Positions 9,452 to 18,676 of a stretch of DNA of 29,331 nt are shown piece after piece. How positions within the stretch are numbered: the stretch's first letter is position 1; every line of letters starts with the position of its first letter. The DNA lies in the NCBI GenBank assembly GCA_048938025.1, contig JBHLMP010000012.1, positions 13,706 to 43,036 on the forward strand. Reading direction: 5' to 3'. Position numbers and translations under genes: made by a program. The stretch comes from Promethearchaeota archaeon. GTDB taxonomy: Archaea; Asgardarchaeota; Lokiarchaeia; Sigyniarchaeales; SOKP01. Under the pieces are notes generated by a model that saw only the letters and a program-made list of their open reading frames with translations, did no database searches and was not told the origin of the DNA.

Positions 9452-9534
9452 TTGGATGATTTTATTAAGAATTAATTTTTAATAATTATTAATTCTCTAT
9501 AATACTTACTTAATTATCTTTTAAAGATAAAACT

Positions 9535-10197
9535 ATGTTTCAAGAATATGGCGTAATTTTTGATGTGGATGGCGTTTTAGCAGATACCGGACCTATTCAT
9601 TTCAAAAGTTGGGTTAAAATGGCTAATGAAATAGGAAAAAAATTTACAAAAAAATTTTTTGATTTAACCTTTGGTCAACAAAGTGTTCCAATTACTCGAA
9701 AGCTAGTGGGTTCTAAAGTTGAACAACGTCTTGTTGAAAAATTGGCAGATTTAAAAGAACAATATTATCGCGAAATGGTAAAAGATAAATTAGAACCAAT
9801 ACCAGGTGTTTTAAAATTGATAAAAGAACTCAAGGAGAAAGGCATTAAATTAGCAGTTGGTTCAAGTGGACCTCCTGAAAATGTTGAATTATTATTATCA
9901 GTTTTAAATTTAAAACATTATTTTGATGTTATTATAACTGCAGCTGAGGTAAAAAAGAGTAAGCCTGAACCCGATGTTTTCTTAATGGCTGCTCAAAAAC
10001 TTAAATTAAATCCTAAAAATTGTATTGTAATTGAAGATGCGCCTGTGGGTATTGAGGCGGCTAGACGAGCTGGTATACCGGTAATTGCTTTAAGAACCAC
10101 ACATTGTAATGTTGATCTTCTTGCTGCTAATTTAATTGTAAATGATTTGAGGTCTGTAAATTTTGATGATATTATTAAATTATTGAATATCAAGTAA
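9535..10197 (+). CDS. HAD family phosphatase, beta-phosphoglucomutase-like (subfamily IA)
   Basis: DVDGVLADT, GSSG, KSKPEPDVFL, VIEDAPVGIEAA. Confidence 0.9.
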   Translation: MFQEYGVIFDVDGVLADTGPIHFKSWVKMANEIGKKFTKKFFDLTFGQQSVPITRKLVGSKVEQRLVEKLADLKEQYYREMVKDKLEPIPGVLKLIKELKEKGIKLAVGSSGPPENVELLLSVLNLKHYFDVIITAAEVKKSKPEPDVFLMAAQKLKLNPKNCIVIEDAPVGIEAARRAGIPVIALRTTHCNVDLLAANLIVNDLRSVNFDDIIKLLNIK

Positions 10198-10210
10198 GGG
10201 TATTTCTAAA

Positions 10211-11326
10211 TCATTCAATAATTTTAACGTACTCCTGACACTTCTCTTTCATAATAAGCTTTCCTATATTAGCTACTCTTAATGCTAAATCAGAAATTTT
10301 CCATTTTTCATAGCCCTTCACATACGTAGAAAAAGTATCTTGTAGAGGTGCTTTCCATTTTGCAGGAATTTTATTTGCCCCTAATTGAGCACCGAGAATC
10401 GCTCCAATATTTCCACAATTACAATCAGTATCATAGCCCATCATAGCAGAAATACAGATAGATTTACCCAATGGGTCTATCGCATCCTCAGTACCATATA
10501 AAAGAGATAAAACTATTATCCCGATATTGGGTAGAACATGAACTTCTGATTCTTTACTGTTTAATATTTTTGCCCTTTCTGTTTCTTGGGTTTGCTCTTT
10601 ATCGATTAATTTTCTTTTTATCTTTGCCCAATATTCATTAATTAAAATATCTCTAGCATTTCTAAAATCTCTTGGATTTTGCTCAAATAATGTAATTGCT
10701 TCTTTTACAGTCTGAGTATAAAGACTTTCTGTTTCATTAGGTAAAAAAGATTGAAATTTTTCTATATTTTTCCTTATATCTGTTTCAAAAAAGGCATTAG
10801 AAATTAGCTCAGCAATATAGACTTCTCCTTCAATTCCAATACCATGATGAGAAATTGAACCATCCATTTCTGCATAATTTTTGGCTATTTCTGGGCATCC
10901 TGGTGTGATTTGACCCCAAAGATCCGCTCGCATTTGAGCTCCAATAAAATCATAATAGGGATTATTGTAAATTCCAGATTCTGGAGGGAAGATTTTTGCC
11001 TTTAGATTCTTTAATGCTACTTTTTCTGCCGTAAATACTGCTCGTTCATATTTTAAAAGATTTAACCACTCTAAACCAATATCTTTTGCTGTAAGATCTA
11101 ACCCATACTTTTCTAAAGCAATAAGAGCAATGATCTCATACATTTCATCGTCATTCACATAGTTTAAATTAATTTTCTTAGGGTAGTATGTTATTTCGCC
11201 ATATCTACGTTTAATATAATTAATATCTCTTAATTCTACTGGTGCACCCACAAAATCTCCTGCAACACGTCCTATCCACGATCCAAATACTTTATTATAA
11301 TAATCTTCCACTTTAATTTCTTTCAT
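10211..11326 (-). CDS. ADP-ribosylglycohydrolase (ARH/DraG-like fold) family protein
   Basis: G...GDFVGAPVE, NDD metal motif, IGAQMRAD, ISH, GYDTDCNCGNIGAILGA. Confidence 0.85.
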   Translation of the reverse strand: MKEIKVEDYYNKVFGSWIGRVAGDFVGAPVELRDINYIKRRYGEITYYPKKINLNYVNDDEMYEIIALIALEKYGLDLTAKDIGLEWLNLLKYERAVFTAEKVALKNLKAKIFPPESGIYNNPYYDFIGAQMRADLWGQITPGCPEIAKNYAEMDGSISHHGIGIEGEVYIAELISNAFFETDIRKNIEKFQSFLPNETESLYTQTVKEAITLFEQNPRDFRNARDILINEYWAKIKRKLIDKEQTQETERAKILNSKESEVHVLPNIGIIVLSLLYGTEDAIDPLGKSICISAMMGYDTDCNCGNIGAILGAQLGANKIPAKWKAPLQDTFSTYVKGYEKWKISDLALRVANIGKLIMKEKCQEYVKIIE

Positions 11327-11393
11327 TATGTTTTAAAAAAATTTTTTTAATAACTTAAATTTAGCATATCATTCATAAACAATTGGTATTATA

Positions 11394-12677
11394 ATGAGTA
11401 GCAATTCTAAAGAAATAGAAAAATTCATTGGTATGTTTCCACCTGTTACCTTTGCTGATGGAGATTGCCATATGATTGGTTCCTTTGGTAATGTAGGTAT
11501 AGTAGAAACCGATGAAGGTCTAGTAGTTTTTGATATTACTACCAGGCAATATCGAAATCGTTTATTTAGAGCATTTCGAGCAATAACAAATAAGCAAATT
11601 AAATATTTGGTTTATAGTCATGGTCATTTTGATCATTGTTTTGGCTTTCCTCCATTTCTAGAGGAAATTAAAGAAAAAAATTGGGAACTACCTCAAATTA
11701 TTGCTCATGAAAAATTAATTGAACGCTTTAAAAGATATAAAGAATTAGATAATTATCAAAATTGGATAAATTCGATGCAATTTGCCTCTATTTATGACAG
11801 TAATAGAAGGTTTACTTCAACTCGCGAAATTCTTGAACCAACTATAATAATTAAAGGAAATGAAAATTACACATTTACATTAGGAGATCTAACATTTGAA
11901 ATATTCCATGATATGGGGGAAACTGATGACTCAATATGGATGTTTGTTCCTGAGAAAAAGGTGATTTTTACTGGCGATCTTATGATATCCAGCTATCCTA
12001 ATGTGGGGAATCCTTATAAGGTGCAGCGATATCCGAAACATTGGGCTCTAGCAATGGAAAAAATGTTGGAAAAGAATGCTGAGTATTTAGTTCCAGGTCA
12101 TGGACCTTTAATTGAAGGAAAAGAAAGTATCAAAGATGTGTTATCTATAACAGCAGAGGCAATGCATTTTGTCCACGATGAAGTAGTGAAAAGATTAAAT
12201 GAAGGAAAATGGTTTGAACAGATTTATCATGAGATGTTAGAAATTTACCCTGAAAAATTTAAAAAACATTATATTCTAAGACCTGTCTATGGTTCTTATG
12301 AATATGCTATCCATGCAGTATATAGGCTTTACCATGGTTGGTATAATACTGGAAATCCAACAGATTTATTTCCTGCCAAATCGTCAGAAATTGCAAAAGA
12401 ATTTCTTAAAATTAACTCTGAAGAACAATTCCTGCAACACGCAAAAAAGCTCTATGAGGAAGGGAAATTACAATTAGCTTTACATTTTCTTGATGTTATA
12501 ATAAAAGGAAACAATTCAGATTACTCTGATAATCTTATTGAAGCATATGAATTAAAGATAAAAATTCTAAAAAAGAAAGCTCGTCAAGAAACTTCTTTTA
12601 TTTCATTCAATATTTTAAATAATGGAGCAAATGAAATTAAAGATCTTCTTGAAAATTTAGGCAAAAGAAATGTTTAA
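11394..12677 (+). CDS. Metallo-beta-lactamase-fold hydrolase, alkyl/aryl sulfatase (SdsA1/BDS1)-like with dimerisation domain
   Basis: YSHGHFDH (HxHxDH), GETDD, FTGD, PNVGNP.K.QRYP, LVPGHG, Y.GWY..GNP..L.P. Confidence 0.85.
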   Translation: MSSNSKEIEKFIGMFPPVTFADGDCHMIGSFGNVGIVETDEGLVVFDITTRQYRNRLFRAFRAITNKQIKYLVYSHGHFDHCFGFPPFLEEIKEKNWELPQIIAHEKLIERFKRYKELDNYQNWINSMQFASIYDSNRRFTSTREILEPTIIIKGNENYTFTLGDLTFEIFHDMGETDDSIWMFVPEKKVIFTGDLMISSYPNVGNPYKVQRYPKHWALAMEKMLEKNAEYLVPGHGPLIEGKESIKDVLSITAEAMHFVHDEVVKRLNEGKWFEQIYHEMLEIYPEKFKKHYILRPVYGSYEYAIHAVYRLYHGWYNTGNPTDLFPAKSSEIAKEFLKINSEEQFLQHAKKLYEEGKLQLALHFLDVIIKGNNSDYSDNLIEAYELKIKILKKKARQETSFISFNILNNGANEIKDLLENLGKRNV

Positions 12678-12734
12678 ATAGTTTAATAGTAAAAGGTTAA
12701 ATCGTATATGAAGTGAATATGATGATTCTTTATT

Positions 12735-14501
12735 ATGGATGAGGAAGAAATAAAAAAAATTCTTTGGATTGCAGGTTTGAAAAACGCTCTAAAATTTAAT
12801 GGAATTCCAAATAAAAGAGCTATAATGGGAAAACTTATGGCTCAAATGACTGAACTCCGATCCCATGTGAATAAAATTACTCCCATATTAGACGAGATCT
12901 TAGCAAAAATTTCAAACCTAAGTATTGAGGAACAGAAAACAAAATTATTGAAATTGGATCCCCATGCTTTGGATAAAGAAGAGTCAAAAGAAGAAAAGAA
13001 AGAATTGCCAGATTTACCTGAGTTTGATAAATATCCTAAAGTTATAATGCGCTTAGCACCGTATCCAAGTGGAGCATTGCATATTGGAAATGCCAGAATG
13101 GTTGTTTTAAATGATGAGTATGTAAAAAAATATAAGGGAGAGCTTATCTTATTTTATGACGATACTATCGGGAGTCCTAAATCATTAAGAGATAGCCCTA
13201 AGGCAAAATATGTATTACCAGAAGCTTATGACTTAATAAGAGAAGGACTTGAATGGCTAGGTGTCAAGATTCATAAAATTTATTATAAAAGCGATAGGCT
13301 TGATAATTTTTATGAATATTGCGAAAAATTAATTAAGGATAAGATGGCATATGTTTGTTTCTGTAATGCTGGTGAATTTAGAGAAAAATATAAAAAGTTG
13401 AAAAAGAGTTGCCCCCATAGAAATCAGTCAATAGATCGAAACATGCAGGAATGGCAAAATATGTTGCATGGTAAATATAGAGAAACTGAAGCAGTTGTAA
13501 GATTGAAAACTGGAATGGATCAAAAAGATCCTGCATTAAGAGATCAAATAATCATGAGAATATCTGAAGCAGAACATCCTAAAGTAGGGACAAAATACAT
13601 TGTATGGCCAATGTTAGAGTTTAGTTGGTCTATCGATGACTATCTTATCGGTGCTACACACATTCTTAGAGGGATAGATTTAGTAAAAGAAGGTATTATT
13701 GAAGAGTTTATATGGGACCATTTTGGTTGGAAAAAAGCCAAATTACTTTATTATGGTAGACTTAATTTCCCTGGTTTAAAATTAAGTAAAACTGAAGCAC
13801 GAAATAATATTCAGAAGGGAATTTATCAAGGATGGGAAGATCCAAGAACTTGGAGCTTACAATCTTTAAAAAAGCGTGGTATTAAACCGGAAGCATTGAG
13901 AGAAACTTTAATGGATCTTGGAATGTCTACAACGGGAATAACTTTTTCAGTAAATTGGTTATATGCTAAAAATAAAGATATTATTGATGAGATATCAAAT
14001 AGATATTTCTTTGTTGAGGATCCTATTTCAATTCTTATTGACGACGTTCCTTTCTCAGAATATACTGCAGAACCTCTTCTTTTACCAACAAAGCCTGAAA
14101 AAGGTAAAAGAAAAATTAATCTTATCTCCAAAAATAATAAAATAGGATTATACATTTCACAATCAGATGTAAGGGGCTTTAAAATTGGCGATACAATACG
14201 TTTAAAAGATTTAATTAATGTACATATTAATTCAATTGATTTAAATAATAGGATTATAAACGCGAAATATTATAGCACTCAATTAGATAGAGAACAGGGC
14301 TTTCCTATAATACAATGGGTTCCTAAAGAAGACAACATAAATGTTTCTATAACTAATCCTGATGGTTCTTTGTCTCATGGTTATGGAGAAATAAATCTCT
14401 TAAATATTCCGATGAATAAAACAATCCAGTTCGAAAGATATGCTTTTGTAAATCCCATAAAAATAGAGAATGACACTTTATTTTGTTATTTTACTCATTA
14501 G
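12735..14501 (+). CDS. gltX: Glutamate--tRNA ligase, archaeal/eukaryotic type
   Basis: RLAPYPSGALHIGN (HIGH), AYVCFC, THILRG.D, KLSKT (KMSKS), GWEDPR, beta-barrel anticodon-binding C-terminus with IQFER. Confidence 0.96.
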   Translation: MDEEEIKKILWIAGLKNALKFNGIPNKRAIMGKLMAQMTELRSHVNKITPILDEILAKISNLSIEEQKTKLLKLDPHALDKEESKEEKKELPDLPEFDKYPKVIMRLAPYPSGALHIGNARMVVLNDEYVKKYKGELILFYDDTIGSPKSLRDSPKAKYVLPEAYDLIREGLEWLGVKIHKIYYKSDRLDNFYEYCEKLIKDKMAYVCFCNAGEFREKYKKLKKSCPHRNQSIDRNMQEWQNMLHGKYRETEAVVRLKTGMDQKDPALRDQIIMRISEAEHPKVGTKYIVWPMLEFSWSIDDYLIGATHILRGIDLVKEGIIEEFIWDHFGWKKAKLLYYGRLNFPGLKLSKTEARNNIQKGIYQGWEDPRTWSLQSLKKRGIKPEALRETLMDLGMSTTGITFSVNWLYAKNKDIIDEISNRYFFVEDPISILIDDVPFSEYTAEPLLLPTKPEKGKRKINLISKNNKIGLYISQSDVRGFKIGDTIRLKDLINVHINSIDLNNRIINAKYYSTQLDREQGFPIIQWVPKEDNINVSITNPDGSLSHGYGEINLLNIPMNKTIQFERYAFVNPIKIENDTLFCYFTH

Positions 14502-14639
14502 AGCTAAAAAATATTAAGTAACTTTTTAGGAATACTTCAAAATATCTTGATATTATAAATTCAATACAAATATTTTAATATTTAATTGTTAAATGTATAC
14601 TTTAAGAATAGTAACTCAATTTTAATTGTGATATTTAAA

Positions 14640-16556
14640 GTGTCATTTCATTTACCATGTAAAAGGTGTGGAAATAGCCTGCCCATGGTGAAAGGTTCCA
14701 TTATCCAATGTTTTTATTGTAAAGCAAGTAACTTATATATGGAATCAGTCTACACTCACAAGAATTATATCACAGAAATTTTAAATATTACATCAATTAA
14801 AAATAAGAGAAAAATTAATAGTAATGAAATAGAAAGAAGAAAATCCTTAATTGAGTCTTATTTTCGGAAGTTAAATCTTAGTTTTAATGAATATAGACAT
14901 TTAATTATAACAAAATTAAATGATATTGATATTAATCCAGCAAAACTATTTAAATTGATACGTGCTGCTGGTAATTTAGGAATAATAATAGAAAATTACT
15001 TATTAATCTATTTAAAGGAGGAAAACTCTAGAAGTAAATTTCAAAAAATAAGAGATCTTACATATATAATAAATAAATCATTATTGGGCTTATATTATAG
15101 TTATTTAGCTAAAAAATCAATAAGATTAAAAGACTGTTATAAATACTATCAACTTACTGAGAGAAGCTATCAGAATATTGTTGATTATTGCAAAATAACG
15201 CAATTTGAGGATCATAACTTGAATTTTGCTAAGAAGGAAAAATTATACTCTATACTTGTCAATTTTGTCATTATTTTAAGAAATATTTTAACTGAAAACC
15301 CTCGATACTTTTCAGAAAAACTTAAAGATCTCCTAAAAGAGTTAAATCATATTGAAGAAAAAAGTATTCAGATATTTAATTTATATTCACAAATTGAACA
15401 AATATATCAATTAGAAAGAGATACTTGTCTTGTACTAGAAAAAGTAAAAGTTATCGATCCAATTGTTTCGCTTGAATCTTTTAAAGAGAACTTAATCTTT
15501 AATACAGAAAAAAATCTTAATGAGCTACAAAATTTTAAAAATTTAATAACTGATGTTTCAAAAAAATATCAGAAATATCAAAGAAAACTCTTAAAATTAC
15601 ATTCTGGGCAATTAATTGATTATTTAGAATCATATCGTACTGAATTTATCGATTATAAAAATAAAAATATTCAAAAGTTCGATGATTTATTAGATGACAT
15701 GATAAGTAAAGCGTTTGAAGATTATAACTTGGAAGCAATTGAGGTTTTAGATACATTAAGTGACTTTATACGGATTGATATTTATAACGATAAAATTATC
15801 CAGAGATTTGAAATTGAACGTGAAGATCTAATGAACTTAGATGAATTATTAAAGAATTTTATTGATAATCTGTTTAAAAAACCTCTTCTTAGAAACCTTG
15901 AATCTGGATATTATAAAAAATTGATGTCATTTATTTCAGGCAAACATACAGAATTTGATAATTATATCTCGAAATACATCAACCGTTTATTAAATGATTT
16001 TGAAGATTTTAGAAGTAAGAATATCCTTTCAATTGAAGAACAGAGAAATCAGTTTAGCTCAAAATTGAAGCCTAATCTTCAAAAACTTGTTGATATGAGC
16101 TTTACTTTAAATGAAGAATATGTACCATATCCCCTTTTTATAGATCTTGATATTCAAAATCATAGTTTTAAGGTAAATAATCCCGATATTATAACTCTCA
16201 TAATCGAAAATCCTAATCTAACTGATATAAAAAATATAAAGATATATTTCTTTATGCCTAACTCTTTTCAATCAAAATTAAAATTTTCAAGTTTAAGCAA
16301 GTTAAAAGCAAATGAAAGGAGAAAATTAAAAATAAAAATTGTCCCTAAGGAAAAAGGAATTTTTCCTTTTATGGTAATGATTGAATATCAACATTCAAAT
16401 AAGACTTTTTGGATGCCATCAATTAAACTTAAATTAGAAGTAAAAGAAATTATAAAAATTGAGGATACTAAACTGTTAAGTAAAGCTCTCTATCATGGTT
16501 TTCTTAAGACAGATGAAGTTATGCAATTATTAAGATTAATGAGAAGTTTATATTAA
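14640..16556 (+). CDS. Hypothetical protein: N-terminal zinc ribbon, long helical region, C-terminal Ig-like beta-sandwich
   Basis: CKRC-x12-CFYC at the N-terminus; C-terminal TLIIENPN...KNIKIYF...LKANERRKLKIKIVP...G...IEY pattern; GTG 14640 is preceded by SD-like GTGAT, so preferred over TTG 14586. Confidence 0.75.
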   Translation: MSFHLPCKRCGNSLPMVKGSIIQCFYCKASNLYMESVYTHKNYITEILNITSIKNKRKINSNEIERRKSLIESYFRKLNLSFNEYRHLIITKLNDIDINPAKLFKLIRAAGNLGIIIENYLLIYLKEENSRSKFQKIRDLTYIINKSLLGLYYSYLAKKSIRLKDCYKYYQLTERSYQNIVDYCKITQFEDHNLNFAKKEKLYSILVNFVIILRNILTENPRYFSEKLKDLLKELNHIEEKSIQIFNLYSQIEQIYQLERDTCLVLEKVKVIDPIVSLESFKENLIFNTEKNLNELQNFKNLITDVSKKYQKYQRKLLKLHSGQLIDYLESYRTEFIDYKNKNIQKFDDLLDDMISKAFEDYNLEAIEVLDTLSDFIRIDIYNDKIIQRFEIEREDLMNLDELLKNFIDNLFKKPLLRNLESGYYKKLMSFISGKHTEFDNYISKYINRLLNDFEDFRSKNILSIEEQRNQFSSKLKPNLQKLVDMSFTLNEEYVPYPLFIDLDIQNHSFKVNNPDIITLIIENPNLTDIKNIKIYFFMPNSFQSKLKFSSLSKLKANERRKLKIKIVPKEKGIFPFMVMIEYQHSNKTFWMPSIKLKLEVKEIIKIEDTKLLSKALYHGFLKTDEVMQLLRLMRSLY

Positions 16557-16647
16557 TTCTATTATTTTAAACTAACTTTTTAACTGAACCTTTTACAATT
16601 TGAAATATAAAATTTTTTGTAAATGAATTTATTCTTATAACTTAACA

Positions 16648-17790
16648 ATGAATGATAAAGAACTAAAAGATCAATATAAAGAAGAAGATCTTATTAAGTC
16701 TCAAGATAATGTAAATAGTAATGAACGCAAATTAGATTGGTTATATTGTCCAATATGTGGAAATAAACTTCCAAAAATCAAAAATCTTAAATTTTGTATA
16801 AAGTGTCGCACAAATATTACATATATTAAGGAACATAAAAAATTTCCACCTAGAAAGACTCCTAATCAGCATATTAGAACCCTATCGTATCCCCAATACT
16901 ACCCTTCTAAAATTTATTATGGAATTGAAAAGATTTCTGATGAAAGCATCACTAATACAAAAGATTTGAAATTATGGGGGATAATGACTTCTCTTGGTTT
17001 ACCAATAGGAGCATATATACTTATGAATTTTTTAGTAGCAGGATTTCTTGCTATGTTAGCATTTTTTACTACTGATTTGGAAAGTTTAATTGATTTAATG
17101 TACAATCCATTCTTTATAATTTTTTCATCTTTTTTTGAACTGGTCTTTATTCTTGTACCTGTAATATATGTTGGAAAGTATCTCAAAACACCTTCTTTTG
17201 AAAATCGATTGATTTTATTAGGATTTACTTCCCGAGGATATGAGAGAAAAGGGATCTATAAAGAAGTGTTAATCGGGTTAGCCTTTGCAGGAATTGGAAT
17301 AATATTAGTGGTTGTATCTTCAATATTTATAGAAATTATTTTAGAAATAATTTTTGGAGTTGATATTATACGTGATGTTAGTGGCACTACAACTGATATC
17401 GAAATAATAGTCTCATCATTAAATATTTTCAGTTTAATTATCTTCGTCATCGTAATGATTTTAATCATAGGGACATCTGAGGAAATACTATTCAGAGGAT
17501 TTATGCAAAAAGGTCTAGTGCGGAATTTAGGAAATATTTGGGGCATTATCATTTCAGCATTAATATTTTCATTATTTCATTTAATTGGATTTTTTTTTAT
17601 TATCTCAGAATCTCCGTTAACTTTTATAATTTCATTCTTATTGTCGTTTGTTCCTTATTTCTCAATTTCCTTAATGTTAGGATGGCTTTATTACTGGAGA
17701 AATGAAAATTTAATTGCAGTTGTGGTAACTCATGGAGTATATGATGCTATAACAATAATTTTAGCTTTCATAATTTATGGAATGATTTAA
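16648..17790 (+). CDS. CPBP (CAAX protease type II / Abi) intramembrane glutamic endopeptidase with N-terminal zinc ribbon
   Basis: SEEILFRG (EExxxR), FSLFH (FxxxH), HGVYD (HxxxD/N), multiple TM helices, CPIC...CIKC. Confidence 0.9.
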   Translation: MNDKELKDQYKEEDLIKSQDNVNSNERKLDWLYCPICGNKLPKIKNLKFCIKCRTNITYIKEHKKFPPRKTPNQHIRTLSYPQYYPSKIYYGIEKISDESITNTKDLKLWGIMTSLGLPIGAYILMNFLVAGFLAMLAFFTTDLESLIDLMYNPFFIIFSSFFELVFILVPVIYVGKYLKTPSFENRLILLGFTSRGYERKGIYKEVLIGLAFAGIGIILVVVSSIFIEIILEIIFGVDIIRDVSGTTTDIEIIVSSLNIFSLIIFVIVMILIIGTSEEILFRGFMQKGLVRNLGNIWGIIISALIFSLFHLIGFFFIISESPLTFIISFLLSFVPYFSISLMLGWLYYWRNENLIAVVVTHGVYDAITIILAFIIYGMI

Positions 17791-17810
17791 ATTTTTAACA
17801 AATTTGAAAG

Positions 17811-18671
17811 ATGAGCATCTTAAATAAATTCAAATCAAAAGCAAAAGGAAAGATAGGTATAATAGGGATAGGTTTAGGAACATCACAGTTTCATAACAAT
17901 AAAATATTCAATGCTACGATAAAATTTCTTAATGAGAACAATTCAAAAATTCATTATTTTGGGATAAAAGACTCAATTGAGCAAATTAGAAATACAGAAT
18001 TATATAATGAATACAAATCTAGGATTTCATTAATTAAAACAAATGAACCAGAGAAAGAAATGGTGGAGTGTCTTATAAATAAAAAATTAAATGGAATTAT
18101 TCGCGGCTCTCTAGATTCCCACAAATTTCTTAATATAGTTAAAAATTATTTAAACATAAAAGAATTAAATCGTTTAGCACTATTAGAGACTTCTAATGGA
18201 ATTCAATTTTTTTTTGGACCAGTTGGTATAGATGAGTGTAATAACTTAGAAAAGAAAATCAGTTATATAAGAAAAGCTATAAATGAGTTTAAATACTTAA
18301 AAATTGAACCAAAAATTAGTATTTTAAGTGGTGGAAGAATAAGCGATTTTGGCAGAGACGAAAGTGTAGATAAAACAATTGATATTGCTAATAATGTAGT
18401 TAAATTCATACAAGAAGAATATCCAGATATAAAAATTTCTCATGATGAAATTCTAATAGAAAATGCTATTGAGAAAAGATCGAATTTAATTATTGCACCA
18501 AACGGGATCTCCGGCAACTTGATCTATCGGACGCTAGTTCACCTAGGCGGAGGAAAAGCGTATGGAGCAATTTATATGGGATTAAATAATACCATAATAG
18601 ATACTTCAAGAGTGGGAAACATTTCTGAAATTCAAGGGGCATTAATCTTAGCGTTAGCATTATTAAAATAG
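17811..18671 (+). CDS. mtxX: MtxX / methanogenesis marker protein 4-like, phosphate acetyl/butyryltransferase fold
   Basis: IRGSL, FFFGPVGIDE, ILSGGR..D.GR...VD, ILIENAI, IIAPNGISGNLIYRTL..LGGG...GA, IDTSR. Confidence 0.78.
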   Translation: MSILNKFKSKAKGKIGIIGIGLGTSQFHNNKIFNATIKFLNENNSKIHYFGIKDSIEQIRNTELYNEYKSRISLIKTNEPEKEMVECLINKKLNGIIRGSLDSHKFLNIVKNYLNIKELNRLALLETSNGIQFFFGPVGIDECNNLEKKISYIRKAINEFKYLKIEPKISILSGGRISDFGRDESVDKTIDIANNVVKFIQEEYPDIKISHDEILIENAIEKRSNLIIAPNGISGNLIYRTLVHLGGGKAYGAIYMGLNNTIIDTSRVGNISEIQGALILALALLK

Positions 18672-18676
18672 ACTTA

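Noticed and set aside
9468-9496. Inverted repeat AGAATTAAT-N11-ATTAATTCT between tRNA-Arg and the HAD gene
   Set aside because: Almost entirely A/T in an AT-rich spacer, so it could easily arise by chance
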